Assembly: GCA_018658715.1 (NCBI GenBank)
Contig: JABHUQ010000028.1
Coordinates: forward strand, 5,663-69,662
Length of the DNA stretch: 64,000 bases
DNA from: Fidelibacterota bacterium
Lineage (GTDB): Bacteria > Fidelibacterota > Marinisomatia > Marinisomatales > UBA1611
Reading direction: 5' to 3'
Within the stretch, counting starts at the first letter, position 1. Each line of letters begins with the position of its first letter. The translations under genes and the position numbers were made by a program. This document shows positions 19,259-29,314 of the stretch, piece after piece. The notes below the pieces were generated by a model. That model saw only the letters and a list, made by a program, of their open reading frames with translations. It did not search any database and was not told the DNA's origin.

Positions 19259-20251
19259 TAGATTAATATATTTACCTTTAAATCGATTCATATTCTCTTT
19301 ATTTCCCATTAGAAGGATGCTTGAATTCGCATTTAGGATGGTATCAGGTGCGGGGTTTATTGTTGATTCACCCTTATTATCTATAATGCCTACTATTATT
19401 AAATTAAATTTTTCTCTTAATTTGCTATTCTTTATAGAAACGTCATGAAATTGATTTAATGGTTTTAAAGATATTTCATCTAAACTTAAATCAATATTTT
19501 GATGAGATTGAGAAACGACCGAAACAGAATCTTCAACTAAAGGTGAAAGCAGCATCTCGGCAATTCTGTGTCCACCAGCTGTATAAGGATTTACCACCTT
19601 GTTCGCCCCTGCTCTTTTTATTTTGGCATGATTTGCTTCTTTACTACAACGGCTCAATAAAAATACATCTGGATTAATGGTTCTAATAGACATTGTAACA
19701 AAAAGATTATCTTGATCCGTATCCAGAACAACAGCAATACCAGATGCGCGTTCTAGATTCGCTAATTTGAGCGTCTCATCCATGGTTGCATCACCCTGAA
19801 GGCATAAAATATTATTATGATGCATTATTTCGATCTTTTTTTCATTCAATTCCACCACAACGAAGGGAAGTTTTTTTTCAGTAAGTTCCTTCGCAATGAC
19901 AGCGCCCATCCTACCATAACCGCAAATAATAAAATGATTTTTAAGATTTTTAATATTTTTTTCCATCTTTTTGCTCCTGTAATCTCCAAATTGAGATAAT
20001 ATATCTCCAAGATTTGATAATAAAATTCCTACTCCAGTTACACCAAATAATATTAATATAATGGTCCATACTCTTCCAGCATCAGTTAATGGATGTACTT
20101 CGGAAAAACCTACTGTGGACAAAGTTAAAAAAGTCATATAAAAGCTATCAATTATAGACCATTGATCTCCACCGATAAAAAAGAATCCACCAGTGCCAAT
20201 GACCAGCAGGCTTATGAAATAACTAATAAATACAATTTTGCCTTTAAACAT
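19256..20251 (-). CDS. 2-TM ion channel with RCK (TrkA-N/TrkA-C) gating domains, MthK-like
   Basis: 331 aa. A pore helix is followed by the filter TVGFSE. It has a Rossmann motif ICGYGRMG and a C-terminal TrkA-C-like domain. Confidence 0.8.
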   Translation of the reverse strand: MFKGKIVFISYFISLLVIGTGGFFFIGGDQWSIIDSFYMTFLTLSTVGFSEVHPLTDAGRVWTIILILFGVTGVGILLSNLGDILSQFGDYRSKKMEKNIKNLKNHFIICGYGRMGAVIAKELTEKKLPFVVVELNEKKIEIMHHNNILCLQGDATMDETLKLANLERASGIAVVLDTDQDNLFVTMSIRTINPDVFLLSRCSKEANHAKIKRAGANKVVNPYTAGGHRIAEMLLSPLVEDSVSVVSQSHQNIDLSLDEISLKPLNQFHDVSIKNSKLREKFNLIIVGIIDNKGESTINPAPDTILNANSSILLMGNKENMNRFKGKYINL

Positions 20252-20317
20252 ACGAGAAGGTGATCAATAATTGAGTTTGTGTCCAAAATGATTTATTGAA
20301 ATTTAGGACAATTGAAT

Positions 20318-20348
20318 AAAAAAAAAGGCTGAATATTTCTTCAGCCTT
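20318..20348 (-). terminator. Rho-independent terminator (potentially bidirectional)
   Basis: AAGGCTGAA / TTCAGCCTT stem with a 6-nt loop. It is flanked by a 9-A run on one side and a T-run on the other, and lies 3' of the gene at 20373..20894. Confidence 0.65.
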
Positions 20349-20372
20349 TTTAAATGATTAGTCAAGGTGAAG

Positions 20373-20894
20373 TTATTTGCTTTTTTCTTCAGCCTGTTTT
20401 GCTTTATCTTTTTGAATAACAGGTAAAACTTCCATTTCTTTTACGCGATTATCTATGGATGTCACCTCTTGTTCTATGTCTGAAAATTGACGTTTTACTC
20501 TGGGTTTATGTTTTCTCAGGTCTTCAGCAACATCAGCAATATCATTTTCAACATTTCTGAATCTTTTTTGAACGTCACGATCTAGTACATTTAATTGATA
20601 CTCAACATCATCAATTAGACTAGCTAAAGAATCAGTCATTGCTTGAATGAGTTCAGAATTGGATATAATATCTTTCTGTGCTTGGCGTACATGCTTTCCG
20701 CGACCAATAAATTGGAGATTCAATTTTCGTAAATCTTCGCGAAATTCTTGGTGGACAACATCAACATGAGCTTTATCTTGCTCATTCAATACATCCATTC
20801 TTTTGTTTAATTCAGTGGACAGGTATTGGAAATAGCCAGCACCTGCAATTAAAATAATTAATAATCCGAATACAATTTTATCTTTGACGTTCAT
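20373..20894 (-). CDS. Hypothetical membrane-anchored coiled-coil protein
   Basis: 173 aa with one N-terminal TM segment, then a charged heptad-like sequence. Confidence 0.5.
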   Translation of the reverse strand: MNVKDKIVFGLLIILIAGAGYFQYLSTELNKRMDVLNEQDKAHVDVVHQEFREDLRKLNLQFIGRGKHVRQAQKDIISNSELIQAMTDSLASLIDDVEYQLNVLDRDVQKRFRNVENDIADVAEDLRKHKPRVKRQFSDIEQEVTSIDNRVKEMEVLPVIQKDKAKQAEEKSK

Positions 20895-20909
20895 TTTTTC
20901 CTCAAATAT

Positions 20910-21257
20910 CTATTTATCTAATGCTTCTAGCCTTTTTTCCCAATCATTTAATTCCGCAGTATCTTCGGAAGATGGCTCGGGTGATTCTTCTTCAGTACTT
21001 GGTTTTTCGGCACCTGGATTTTTTTCAGAATTAATGATTGAATGAAGTAATTGAGAACGTTTATCACTATTCCCTTTTAATTCTTCCATCATTTGTTCTA
21101 CTTCATCATTGAAGTCAATGACAGTTTGATCTAAACGATTCATAAGTTCATCAATGAGTGCTTGCCCATATGAACCATTTATACCATCCAGTAAGTCGGT
21201 AAAATTCCCTGTTAAATAATCAACACGGGACTCTTTGTTGTCGAAATTATTACTCAT
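20910..21257 (-). CDS. Hypothetical acidic soluble protein
   Basis: 115-aa ORF tightly spaced with the downstream gene. No motif was recognised. Confidence 0.4.
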   Translation of the reverse strand: MSNNFDNKESRVDYLTGNFTDLLDGINGSYGQALIDELMNRLDQTVIDFNDEVEQMMEELKGNSDKRSQLLHSIINSEKNPGAEKPSTEEESPEPSSEDTAELNDWEKRLEALDK

Positions 21258-21354
21258 AACAATTTTTAGTTAAATTACTGTTTAGTCCTACTAATTAGGG
21301 TTTGGAATTTGAATAAAAGCAGACCTAATCGGCAATCAATATCTTAAGAGAATT

Positions 21355-21795
21355 TCAAGATTTAATTAGGTGGAACCCAGCACTGTCTAATGATGTCGCA
21401 AATTGCGAAAAAATAGCTTTTTGGACACGGTAAGGCAGTTTATCCATTTTTTGCTTTTTATCAAATGAACCGCCTCCAATCGAAACTTCTGAGCCACGGG
21501 TAAGGATTTCCCTAGATGAAATCATATAAATTTTAACTTTATCTTCAATTTGAATGGATAATTGATATTTATATCGGCTTAGATTTATTTCAGTTTCCAG
21601 AGGTGTTGTAAGAATATAACCAGATTCAGGAGCATAATGTTCTATGATAAATCCATTTTGCTCTAAGAATTGTCTCATTTGTGATGTGGCTTCATTTTGT
21701 GAAACAGTATAGGAGAAATGCCTGACCATTCTTGGCGGTTCAGGGCAAAATGAGAATTGGAAGGAAAGAATCAGTAGAAATGATGTTAGCTTCAT
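21355..21795 (-). CDS. Hypothetical lipoprotein/exported protein
   Basis: 146 aa with a signal peptide ending FQFSFC. Confidence 0.45.
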   Translation of the reverse strand: MKLTSFLLILSFQFSFCPEPPRMVRHFSYTVSQNEATSQMRQFLEQNGFIIEHYAPESGYILTTPLETEINLSRYKYQLSIQIEDKVKIYMISSREILTRGSEVSIGGGSFDKKQKMDKLPYRVQKAIFSQFATSLDSAGFHLIKS

Positions 21796-21802
21796 TTCTC
21801 TG

Positions 21803-22783
21803 TTATTGAATTACAGTGCCTACTCTATCAAATCTAGGGAGCCACGTGTTGAAGATATCTAAGGAAAAATAGATAAATAATGCTTCACCTAATATATAAT
21901 TTTCACCGATAAAGCCCCAATATCTTGAATCAAGACTATCATCTCGATTATCTCCCATTGCCCAATAATAGTTTTGGGTTAATTCATACGATGTCCATTC
22001 TGAAATAGGTTTTCCATCTATATATAAATATTTAAAATGGGCGTCTTTTACGGATTTAGACCAAGGTGTTAATAGACTTCCAGTGGGGAAGTAATCATTG
22101 AAAACAGTCTTATTTTCTTTCCTTCTATATAATTCATTCGGATCTTGTAGTGTAAGAGTATATGTTTTTTCATCACTCACTAGAGTTACATTATGACCTT
22201 CCATCATTATGAGTGGTAATAAATGTCGCCAGTTCGTTTCAGAATTAATTAAATATTTATCTCCTTTTTTCGGGATAATAATTGGGCCAATGAAATCTTT
22301 ATTTCTATTTATTGCTGAAGTAAGAAAAATTTCTTGCTGTCGAAAATTATCCGGTAATGTAGGATAAAGAAATTTGCCATTTTCTGATAGGGGTACTTCT
22401 TTCCCATTAATATATACTTTTTTCGAATCAACCAATAGTGTATCACCTGGGCCTCCAACACATCTTTTTACATATTTAACAAAATGGTCGCGAGGATATT
22501 TAAAAATAAGGACATCGTCTTTTTCAGGGATTTTAAAAGCTGGGAATTTGACATAAGGAATGAAAAACCCTTTATCCGTGTATGGTATTCCAATCCAGTC
22601 AGGGGTTCTCATTCCATAGACAAATCGTGAACCAATCAGGAAATCACCAGTCATAATGGTATTCTCCATACTTCCTGTTGGTACAATATAGGCTTCGAGG
22701 ACTGTAACTTTAATGAGTAAAGCAACTGTAACAATTATTCCAATTGCTTTGATTTCATTTATAATCTTTTGTTTTTGTAACAT
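21803..22783 (-). CDS. lepB: Signal peptidase I
   Basis: N-terminal TM segment, catalytic Ser box GSMENTI, and box E GDNRDDSLDSRYWGF. Confidence 0.9.
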   Translation of the reverse strand: MLQKQKIINEIKAIGIIVTVALLIKVTVLEAYIVPTGSMENTIMTGDFLIGSRFVYGMRTPDWIGIPYTDKGFFIPYVKFPAFKIPEKDDVLIFKYPRDHFVKYVKRCVGGPGDTLLVDSKKVYINGKEVPLSENGKFLYPTLPDNFRQQEIFLTSAINRNKDFIGPIIIPKKGDKYLINSETNWRHLLPLIMMEGHNVTLVSDEKTYTLTLQDPNELYRRKENKTVFNDYFPTGSLLTPWSKSVKDAHFKYLYIDGKPISEWTSYELTQNYYWAMGDNRDDSLDSRYWGFIGENYILGEALFIYFSLDIFNTWLPRFDRVGTVIQ

Positions 22784-22806
22784 AATAAGGTGGCGAATTT
22801 AGGGAA

Positions 22807-23739
22807 TCAGTTTAAAGAGATGCTGGGAAAATATTTTATTTTTGGTCCACCCTTTTGAAATTTCACTGTTATTGCGTCCAATTGTATGTCACATTCTATA
22901 TTTTGTTCCTTTTGGTAGAATTGAATCGCATCATATAAATGGTTCAATTTTGTTCGTGTAAATTTTTCTAATAGATGATTTTCAGAATCTTTTAGCCCAG
23001 ATTTAACTTCGATAAAATGAATACAATTATTTAATTTTGCTATAATATCAATTTCGCCGTGTGGATGACAATTCTTATTTAATTCTATAATAGTAAATCC
23101 TTTATCTCTTAAATATAGTGCAGACATTTTTTCTCCAAGCCATCCTACTTTTTTATTTTCATGTATCCATGATAGCGTTGGTAACCATTTTTTAACTGGT
23201 GAAAAAGATTTTCGATGAATAGGTGTTGATTTATAAGTTGCTAAAGCATCCATATGTTGTTTTGTACCATATCCTTTATGTTTCTCAAAACCATATTCAG
23301 GAAAAATAATAGCATATTCTTTCATCAAATTATCTCTTGTTACTTTTGCTATAATACTGGCTGCTTTGATTTCATCTACTAAATCATCTCCTCCTACAAT
23401 TCCTTCATTAGGAATTACTTGATTTGGTAATGGTGTTCCATCAATTAAAGCTTTAGTAGGTTTCTGCGATAAATGCCCAAGTGCAATCTGCATTGCTTTG
23501 AATGTTGCTTGCAGAATGTTGATTTTATCAATTTCTTTACAACCAATTATACCAACTCCAATTGAAATTGCTTCTTTTTGAATAATGTCATATAAAAGCG
23601 ATCTTTTTTTTGGTGTTAATTTCTTGGAATCACGCAATCCTTCAATTGTGTGGTCCTTGGGTAAAATAACAGCTGAAGCTACTACGGGACCAGCTAATGG
23701 TCCGCGACCTGCTTCATCTACTCCAGCAATTATTTCCAT
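22807..23739 (-). CDS. rnhB: RNase HII fused to a YraN/UPF0102-type (PD-(D/E)xK) endonuclease domain
   Basis: Residues 1 to about 192 match RNase HII (GVDEAGRGPLAGPVV, DSKKL, HRKSF). Residues from about 198 to 310 match YraN (GEKMSALYLRDKGF..GEIDIIAK..IHFIEVKS). Confidence 0.85.
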   Translation of the reverse strand: MEIIAGVDEAGRGPLAGPVVASAVILPKDHTIEGLRDSKKLTPKKRSLLYDIIQKEAISIGVGIIGCKEIDKINILQATFKAMQIALGHLSQKPTKALIDGTPLPNQVIPNEGIVGGDDLVDEIKAASIIAKVTRDNLMKEYAIIFPEYGFEKHKGYGTKQHMDALATYKSTPIHRKSFSPVKKWLPTLSWIHENKKVGWLGEKMSALYLRDKGFTIIELNKNCHPHGEIDIIAKLNNCIHFIEVKSGLKDSENHLLEKFTRTKLNHLYDAIQFYQKEQNIECDIQLDAITVKFQKGGPKIKYFPSISLN

Positions 23740-26105
23740 TTATGCTCCCACATATCTTTTCCATTTGTTTTAAACCATATTGCACCTAATAAATCTGTCC
23801 GTTTAATTTGAATATTTAAATCTCTTAAACGATCCATTACTATATCAGATGGGTGGCGAAATTTATTTCCTTCTCCTACAGAAACGATAGCATATTTCGG
23901 TTGAACTTCCTTTAAAAACTGCGGAGTTGAACTAGTAATACTTCCATGATGCGCTATTTTTAATATATCAGACTTTAAGTATGAACCAAATCGGGATAAT
24001 ACATGATCACCTTCTTCTTCTAAATCGCCCGTAAATAAGAATGATTTTTCACCAATAGTTAGATTAAAAACAATACTGGCATTATTCACATTAGATTGAG
24101 AGTTTGCATACACCGAATCAGGTGAAAAAAAGATTGCATTAATGCCCGGATTCAAAGATTTTATTTCTCCAGGTGATGGCTTAATTCGAGTAATATTTTT
24201 CTCATCAAATAGGGTGAGTAATCGATTGTACGTCCAAGAATGATAGTCAATATACGTATCGAGGACAGTATCAACTTTTACAGCTTGAAGAATGGATTCA
24301 ATTCCGCCAATATGATCTGAATGAGGATGGCTCATAACAAGCCAATCGATTTTATCTATTCCAAAATGATTCAATACAGGAATAACAACTCTTTCACCCA
24401 TATCTTCTCGTCTTGATCGAAATCCAGCATCTATTAACATTGATTTTCCATCTGGTAACAGAATTAATGCACCATCACCCTGACCAACGTCTAAATATAT
24501 AATATCTGTAATATTCCTTTTTTCAAGAGCATATGGCCAAGCAAGAAGATTTAAAGATATTAAGAATGACCAAATTGCATATCTTTTATGTGTGGAATGA
24601 ATGATGAGTATAATCGTTGCTATTATAAATGTATAAAGCAATATTTCTATTAATCCAATAGAACTCAGCTGAATAGTTGCATATGGAAAAGATGCGAAAT
24701 TTTGGGCAATCTTTTTTATAAGCCACTGCAAAGCCCATGCAGATTCGCCTAGCCAATCCGGGAACAAAGGCATCCATGCGAATCCAATAAGAGCAAAGCC
24801 TAATGCAACTAATAGACCAATCAATGGAACGATAAATACGTTTGCAATAGACGAAATAACGGGTGCTTGCCCAAAAGTGAATGCTGTGATAGGTAATGTG
24901 CCTATCTGTGCTGCAATTGAGACGAGAAATAAACCTAATGAGAATTTTATAACTTTATTATCAATTTTAGTTGGATTAACTATATTGGGTAAATGCATTT
25001 CAAAATATTTATAGAAATAAATAATTGAAATCACTGCTGAGAAACTTAATAAAAAGCCTAAATCAAGTAATGAATGTGGATTGTAAATCAATAATATTAT
25101 GGCTGATGTTCCAATAATATTCCAATTATTGGAGCTTCGATTTACTACTGGAGCAATCATAAATAATCCGGCCATGAGTGATGCTCTAATGACACTTGGT
25201 TTCATTCCAGTTAATAAACAAAAAAAGATTAATCCTATAATAATGATAAATCGATCCCAACCCCATGGAATGCGGAATACGGATGTTAATAATGATAAAA
25301 CTAATAATACATAGCCCACATGTAAACCAGATACTGCAAGAACATGGATTACGCCCGTTTTTGCAAATGATTCTCGTAAACCTTCATCCACGTAAGATTT
25401 TTCACCTAGAATAAGAGCGGTTAGCATCCCTCCTGTTTCAATATCAGTATATCTATTGAAAATCGATTTAATAGAATGACGAATATCCTCTAGAAACACT
25501 GAAAGATTTTTATCATTATTGTGGATAATATTTGGCGGAATCTTTTTATCAGAAAAAACTTTACCAAAAATATGTTTTCTCATAAAGAAAGATCGAAAAT
25601 CAAAATCTCCGGGATTACGTTTTCCTTGAAATTGTTTAAATGTCCCCTGTCCTGTAATTGAATCAGCAAGACTAATGATTGTTGATTTTTTTCCGTAAAC
25701 AAATAAAAATACATCGTCTCTATTTAGTTTTGAAGAATCCGTTTCTAAATGTGTAATTAATACTTTAGCTCTCCACCCTTTCTCAGTTTCTTTTATTCCT
25801 TTAATAAAACCCGAATATTCGATTTTTTGTAAATGAATCGAATTGGCATATTCTTGCAATTGATCTAGGCGAACTTGTTTTATTGATGATAGATACCACC
25901 CAGTGGAAAAAGTCATTAATATAAAAATATATACATCTATATTTTTACTAGAGATCAAAATCATGCCCAGACTAAATAAGCAAAGAAAAATAATTGCAAA
26001 CCAAGGATATGAATAAAATATCCCTATAAGTGTTCCAAACATTAAACTAAGTGCAATGACTCCTAATGGAGCTTTCTGATATAATTGATTAAACATATAA
26101 TGCAT
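23730..26105 (-). CDS. comEC: DNA internalisation competence protein ComEC/Rec2 with metallo-beta-lactamase domain
   Basis: 791 aa with a polytopic competence domain (HVLAVSGLHVG) and a C-terminal MBL motif SHPHSDHIGG. Confidence 0.9.
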   Translation of the reverse strand: MHYMFNQLYQKAPLGVIALSLMFGTLIGIFYSYPWFAIIFLCLFSLGMILISSKNIDVYIFILMTFSTGWYLSSIKQVRLDQLQEYANSIHLQKIEYSGFIKGIKETEKGWRAKVLITHLETDSSKLNRDDVFLFVYGKKSTIISLADSITGQGTFKQFQGKRNPGDFDFRSFFMRKHIFGKVFSDKKIPPNIIHNNDKNLSVFLEDIRHSIKSIFNRYTDIETGGMLTALILGEKSYVDEGLRESFAKTGVIHVLAVSGLHVGYVLLVLSLLTSVFRIPWGWDRFIIIIGLIFFCLLTGMKPSVIRASLMAGLFMIAPVVNRSSNNWNIIGTSAIILLIYNPHSLLDLGFLLSFSAVISIIYFYKYFEMHLPNIVNPTKIDNKVIKFSLGLFLVSIAAQIGTLPITAFTFGQAPVISSIANVFIVPLIGLLVALGFALIGFAWMPLFPDWLGESAWALQWLIKKIAQNFASFPYATIQLSSIGLIEILLYTFIIATIILIIHSTHKRYAIWSFLISLNLLAWPYALEKRNITDIIYLDVGQGDGALILLPDGKSMLIDAGFRSRREDMGERVVIPVLNHFGIDKIDWLVMSHPHSDHIGGIESILQAVKVDTVLDTYIDYHSWTYNRLLTLFDEKNITRIKPSPGEIKSLNPGINAIFFSPDSVYANSQSNVNNASIVFNLTIGEKSFLFTGDLEEEGDHVLSRFGSYLKSDILKIAHHGSITSSTPQFLKEVQPKYAIVSVGEGNKFRHPSDIVMDRLRDLNIQIKRTDLLGAIWFKTNGKDMWEHKWK

Positions 26106-26200
26106 AATGTAGTGTAAATGTCTTGTAAAACAAAATTGCCAATCTCATTACCTTCTGTTAATATCACCTATCTTTTTAACAATACTACAAAGGATTACTG

Positions 26201-27778
26201 ATGAATCGTAACAAAGCAGGGATGATTGCTTTTGCCCTTATTACCTTTTTTATTTATGCATTTGGTTTGCACTTTTTTGAAGCTGTTTGGTCCTTTCCTG
26301 CTCATCGTGCCATACCTTTCATGGTTGTTGCACTTGTTGGTACAGGTATTTTCGCAACCATTAAACTCAGTTTTCCGCAAATTCGGTATTTTAAACATGG
26401 TTTTAATGTAACGCGTGGTTTATATGATGACCCTGAAGATGAAGGCGATTTAAATCATTTCCGTGCTTTAACCACTGCCCTTTCCGCTACAGTTGGAATT
26501 GGTAATATTGCTGGAGTTGCAACTGCAATTTATTATGGTGGTCCAGGAGCATTATTTTGGATGTGGATTACAGCATTTTTTGGAACAACATTAAAATATG
26601 CTGAAAGTGCTCTTGCATTAAAATATCGGGAAATTCAACCTGATGGCTCTACAGCTGGTGGCCCAATGTATACCATTGAAAATGGTTTAGGAAAACAATG
26701 GCGTTGGCTTGCAGTAGCATTTGCAACATTTGCGATTATATGTTCTTTTGCAACAGGAAATGCTATTCAATCTTTTACTGTTTCGGATCAAATATATTCG
26801 GAATTTTCCGCTGTCATTGGGAATGGACACTTTTTAACTATGAAACATACAGTATGGACTGGGTTTGAAGTTTCATATTTACAGGTCATAAATGGACTAT
26901 TAATGGCAGGAATTGTAGCAACTGTCATCATAGGTGGAATTAAGCGTATTGGGCACGTAACAGGCTTTTTAGCCCCTTTTATGGCTATAATATACGTTTT
27001 GGCAGCTTCTCTCATTATTTTGTCAAATTTTGATAAAATAGCTGAAAGTGTTTCCTTGGTTTTTACAATGGCATTTAATCCTCCTGCTGCTGTGGCTGGC
27101 ACAGGTGGCGGAATATTATTAACCATGTTATGGGGAATAAAACGAGGCTTATATTCTAATGAAGCTGGACAAGGAAGTGCGGCAATTGCACATTCTACAG
27201 CAAAAACAAAATATCCAATTCGAGAAGGATCAGTTGCAATGTTAGGGCCATTTATTGATACATTAGTCATATGTACATTAACAGGGCTTGTGATTATAAC
27301 TACCGGGGCATGGATGCATACTGAATTTTTCGTTAATATTACTGCTACATCTGTTGATGAAGTAAATGTAGCACTTGCTTCGGGCTTTTTCCACGGAAAG
27401 CAATTATTAAATAGTAGTCTCTTGACATCTTTTGCTTTTAAGGAAGGATTGTCATGGATTTTTTCTTACGGTGATAAAATTGTAACAATTTCCGTATTGC
27501 TATTTGCTATTTCAACTGCGATTAGTTGGTCCTTTTATGGAAACCGTTCCGTTGTATACTTATTTGGTGAAAAAGCTATTCCCACTTATCGATGGGTTTT
27601 TGTTGCATTTATATTTATTGGCGGAATTGCGGAATTAGAAGCAATATGGGCTTTTGGCGATGCTGCACTCGGATTTATGACATTCCCGAATTTGCTTTCT
27701 ATTATTTTATTATCTACAGCATTAAGAAAAATGACGAAAGAATATTTTTCTAAGAATCATGTTCCGTATGTAAAATAA
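26201..27778 (+). CDS. Sodium:alanine (amino acid) symporter family transporter
   Basis: 525-aa polytopic protein. AGCS motifs are ALSATVGIGNIAGVATAI..GGPGALFWMW and SNEAGQGSAAIAHS. Confidence 0.85.
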   Translation: MNRNKAGMIAFALITFFIYAFGLHFFEAVWSFPAHRAIPFMVVALVGTGIFATIKLSFPQIRYFKHGFNVTRGLYDDPEDEGDLNHFRALTTALSATVGIGNIAGVATAIYYGGPGALFWMWITAFFGTTLKYAESALALKYREIQPDGSTAGGPMYTIENGLGKQWRWLAVAFATFAIICSFATGNAIQSFTVSDQIYSEFSAVIGNGHFLTMKHTVWTGFEVSYLQVINGLLMAGIVATVIIGGIKRIGHVTGFLAPFMAIIYVLAASLIILSNFDKIAESVSLVFTMAFNPPAAVAGTGGGILLTMLWGIKRGLYSNEAGQGSAAIAHSTAKTKYPIREGSVAMLGPFIDTLVICTLTGLVIITTGAWMHTEFFVNITATSVDEVNVALASGFFHGKQLLNSSLLTSFAFKEGLSWIFSYGDKIVTISVLLFAISTAISWSFYGNRSVVYLFGEKAIPTYRWVFVAFIFIGGIAELEAIWAFGDAALGFMTFPNLLSIILLSTALRKMTKEYFSKNHVPYVK

Positions 27779-28582
27779 ATGACTGACACTTTTACATCTG
27801 ATGCTACAGATGATATTTTATGTGTTGCCGTGGATGCTGCGCTCTTGGCTGTAAATGTAATTATGTCTGCAAAGGACAGACAGATTTCAAGTGAGCATAA
27901 AGGTAAAACGGATCTTGTTACGGAAATTGATCGCGCGGCTGAATCAATCATTATTTCTTCCATTAAAGACCATTTCCCTTTCCATAGTATATTAGCAGAA
28001 GAATCAGGAAAACAGGATGAAAAGTCTGATATCCTATGGGTAATTGATCCATTGGACGGTACAACTAATTTTGTTCATGGTTATCCTGCCTTTGCCGTAT
28101 CAATTGGTGTTCTTATTAATGGTGTCCCAACTATTGGTGTTGTTGTTGAAATGCCAAATATTAATTTATATACTGCCATTAAAGGAAAAGGTGCATTTGT
28201 TGAAGGAAAACCTATTTCTGTAAGTACTACGTCCGATTTGATTCAATCTTTATTAGTTACAGGCTTTGGGTATGAACATGGAGATAATTGGAATACGAAC
28301 ATGGATTTATTCAAATCCTTTACCCACAAAACTCAAGGCGTTCGTCGATTAGGGGCTGCTGCTGTAGATATTTGTCACGTGGCTTGTGGTAAAGTGGATG
28401 GTTATTGGGAATTTGATTTAAGCCCATGGGATTCAGCTGCAGGAATTATTATAGCTGCAGAAGCTGGGGCAATGATTACACGAATGGATGGTGGTGAATA
28501 TTCCATTTATGATGATCAAATATTAATATCAAATGGCCAGCTTCATGACCGAATGCTTCAGGAAATTAAGGTGTACCTTTAA
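27779..28582 (+). CDS. Inositol monophosphatase family protein
   Basis: Motifs AEESG, WVIDPLDGTTNF and GAAAVDICHVACGKVDGYWE. Confidence 0.88.
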   Translation: MTDTFTSDATDDILCVAVDAALLAVNVIMSAKDRQISSEHKGKTDLVTEIDRAAESIIISSIKDHFPFHSILAEESGKQDEKSDILWVIDPLDGTTNFVHGYPAFAVSIGVLINGVPTIGVVVEMPNINLYTAIKGKGAFVEGKPISVSTTSDLIQSLLVTGFGYEHGDNWNTNMDLFKSFTHKTQGVRRLGAAAVDICHVACGKVDGYWEFDLSPWDSAAGIIIAAEAGAMITRMDGGEYSIYDDQILISNGQLHDRMLQEIKVYL

Positions 28583-29273
28583 TTTGATCTAATAGTTGTC
28601 TTTCTGACCATTGACTTTGAATCGATTTTACCGTTATGTTTATAGGATTTATTTCATAAATCTCAATGGTAGAAAATGTATACTGAACAGATTCACCTTC
28701 TTTATTTCCAATCCAATTATATGATATAACAATATTATTTCTTTTTGAAAAGTAGGAAACATTTTGCAATTCAGATGATTCCCATAAGGATGAAAATGAT
28801 TGTATATGGTCTAAAAATTGTCCTAAACCCTGCTTTTTCTGAATAAGATCTAATGCCCCCTGATACTCAATAAAATTGGACGAATCAGATGATTGAACAA
28901 TCAATTGGATAGATTTTCCAATGGGCCCTATAAAAGGGTTTTCTTTTCCAATAACTTTTTGTGAAACGAGTGAATGATTAATTTCAAGAATATGGTCATC
29001 CTGATGTAATCGATTATAGGCAGGGCTTTCTTCAGATATATTTTTAATGAATAAAGAATCATGTTTCCATTCCGTGGTAATGCCTAACCCAACATAAGGT
29101 GTATTAAAGTAAATAAAGTCTGGCGAAGAAAGTGATTTTAGCATTACTACATTCCCTGAATATCGAGCATCTAAGAAATCAAGGACAATACGCTCCTTCC
29201 TATTTTGCCCCATTGCTAGACTGATTTGAATAATAATTATTAAGAAGAATATATTTTTCATAGGTTTAACCAT
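28566..29273 (-). CDS. Hypothetical exported protein (possible PDZ-like insert)
   Basis: 235 aa with a signal-like N-terminus. Its 3' end overlaps the convergent IMPase gene by 17 nt. Confidence 0.4.
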   Translation of the reverse strand: MVKPMKNIFFLIIIIQISLAMGQNRKERIVLDFLDARYSGNVVMLKSLSSPDFIYFNTPYVGLGITTEWKHDSLFIKNISEESPAYNRLHQDDHILEINHSLVSQKVIGKENPFIGPIGKSIQLIVQSSDSSNFIEYQGALDLIQKKQGLGQFLDHIQSFSSLWESSELQNVSYFSKRNNIVISYNWIGNKEGESVQYTFSTIEIYEINPINITVKSIQSQWSERQLLDQIKGTP

Positions 29274-29314
29274 TTAGAAATTAATTATAAAAAAGATGCC
29301 CAAAAGGCTCATTT

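Noticed and set aside
26106-26200. Possible glycine/amino-acid riboswitch upstream of the sodium:alanine symporter.
   Set aside because: The 95-nt leader shows none of the conserved glycine-riboswitch core sequences and no convincing paired structure.
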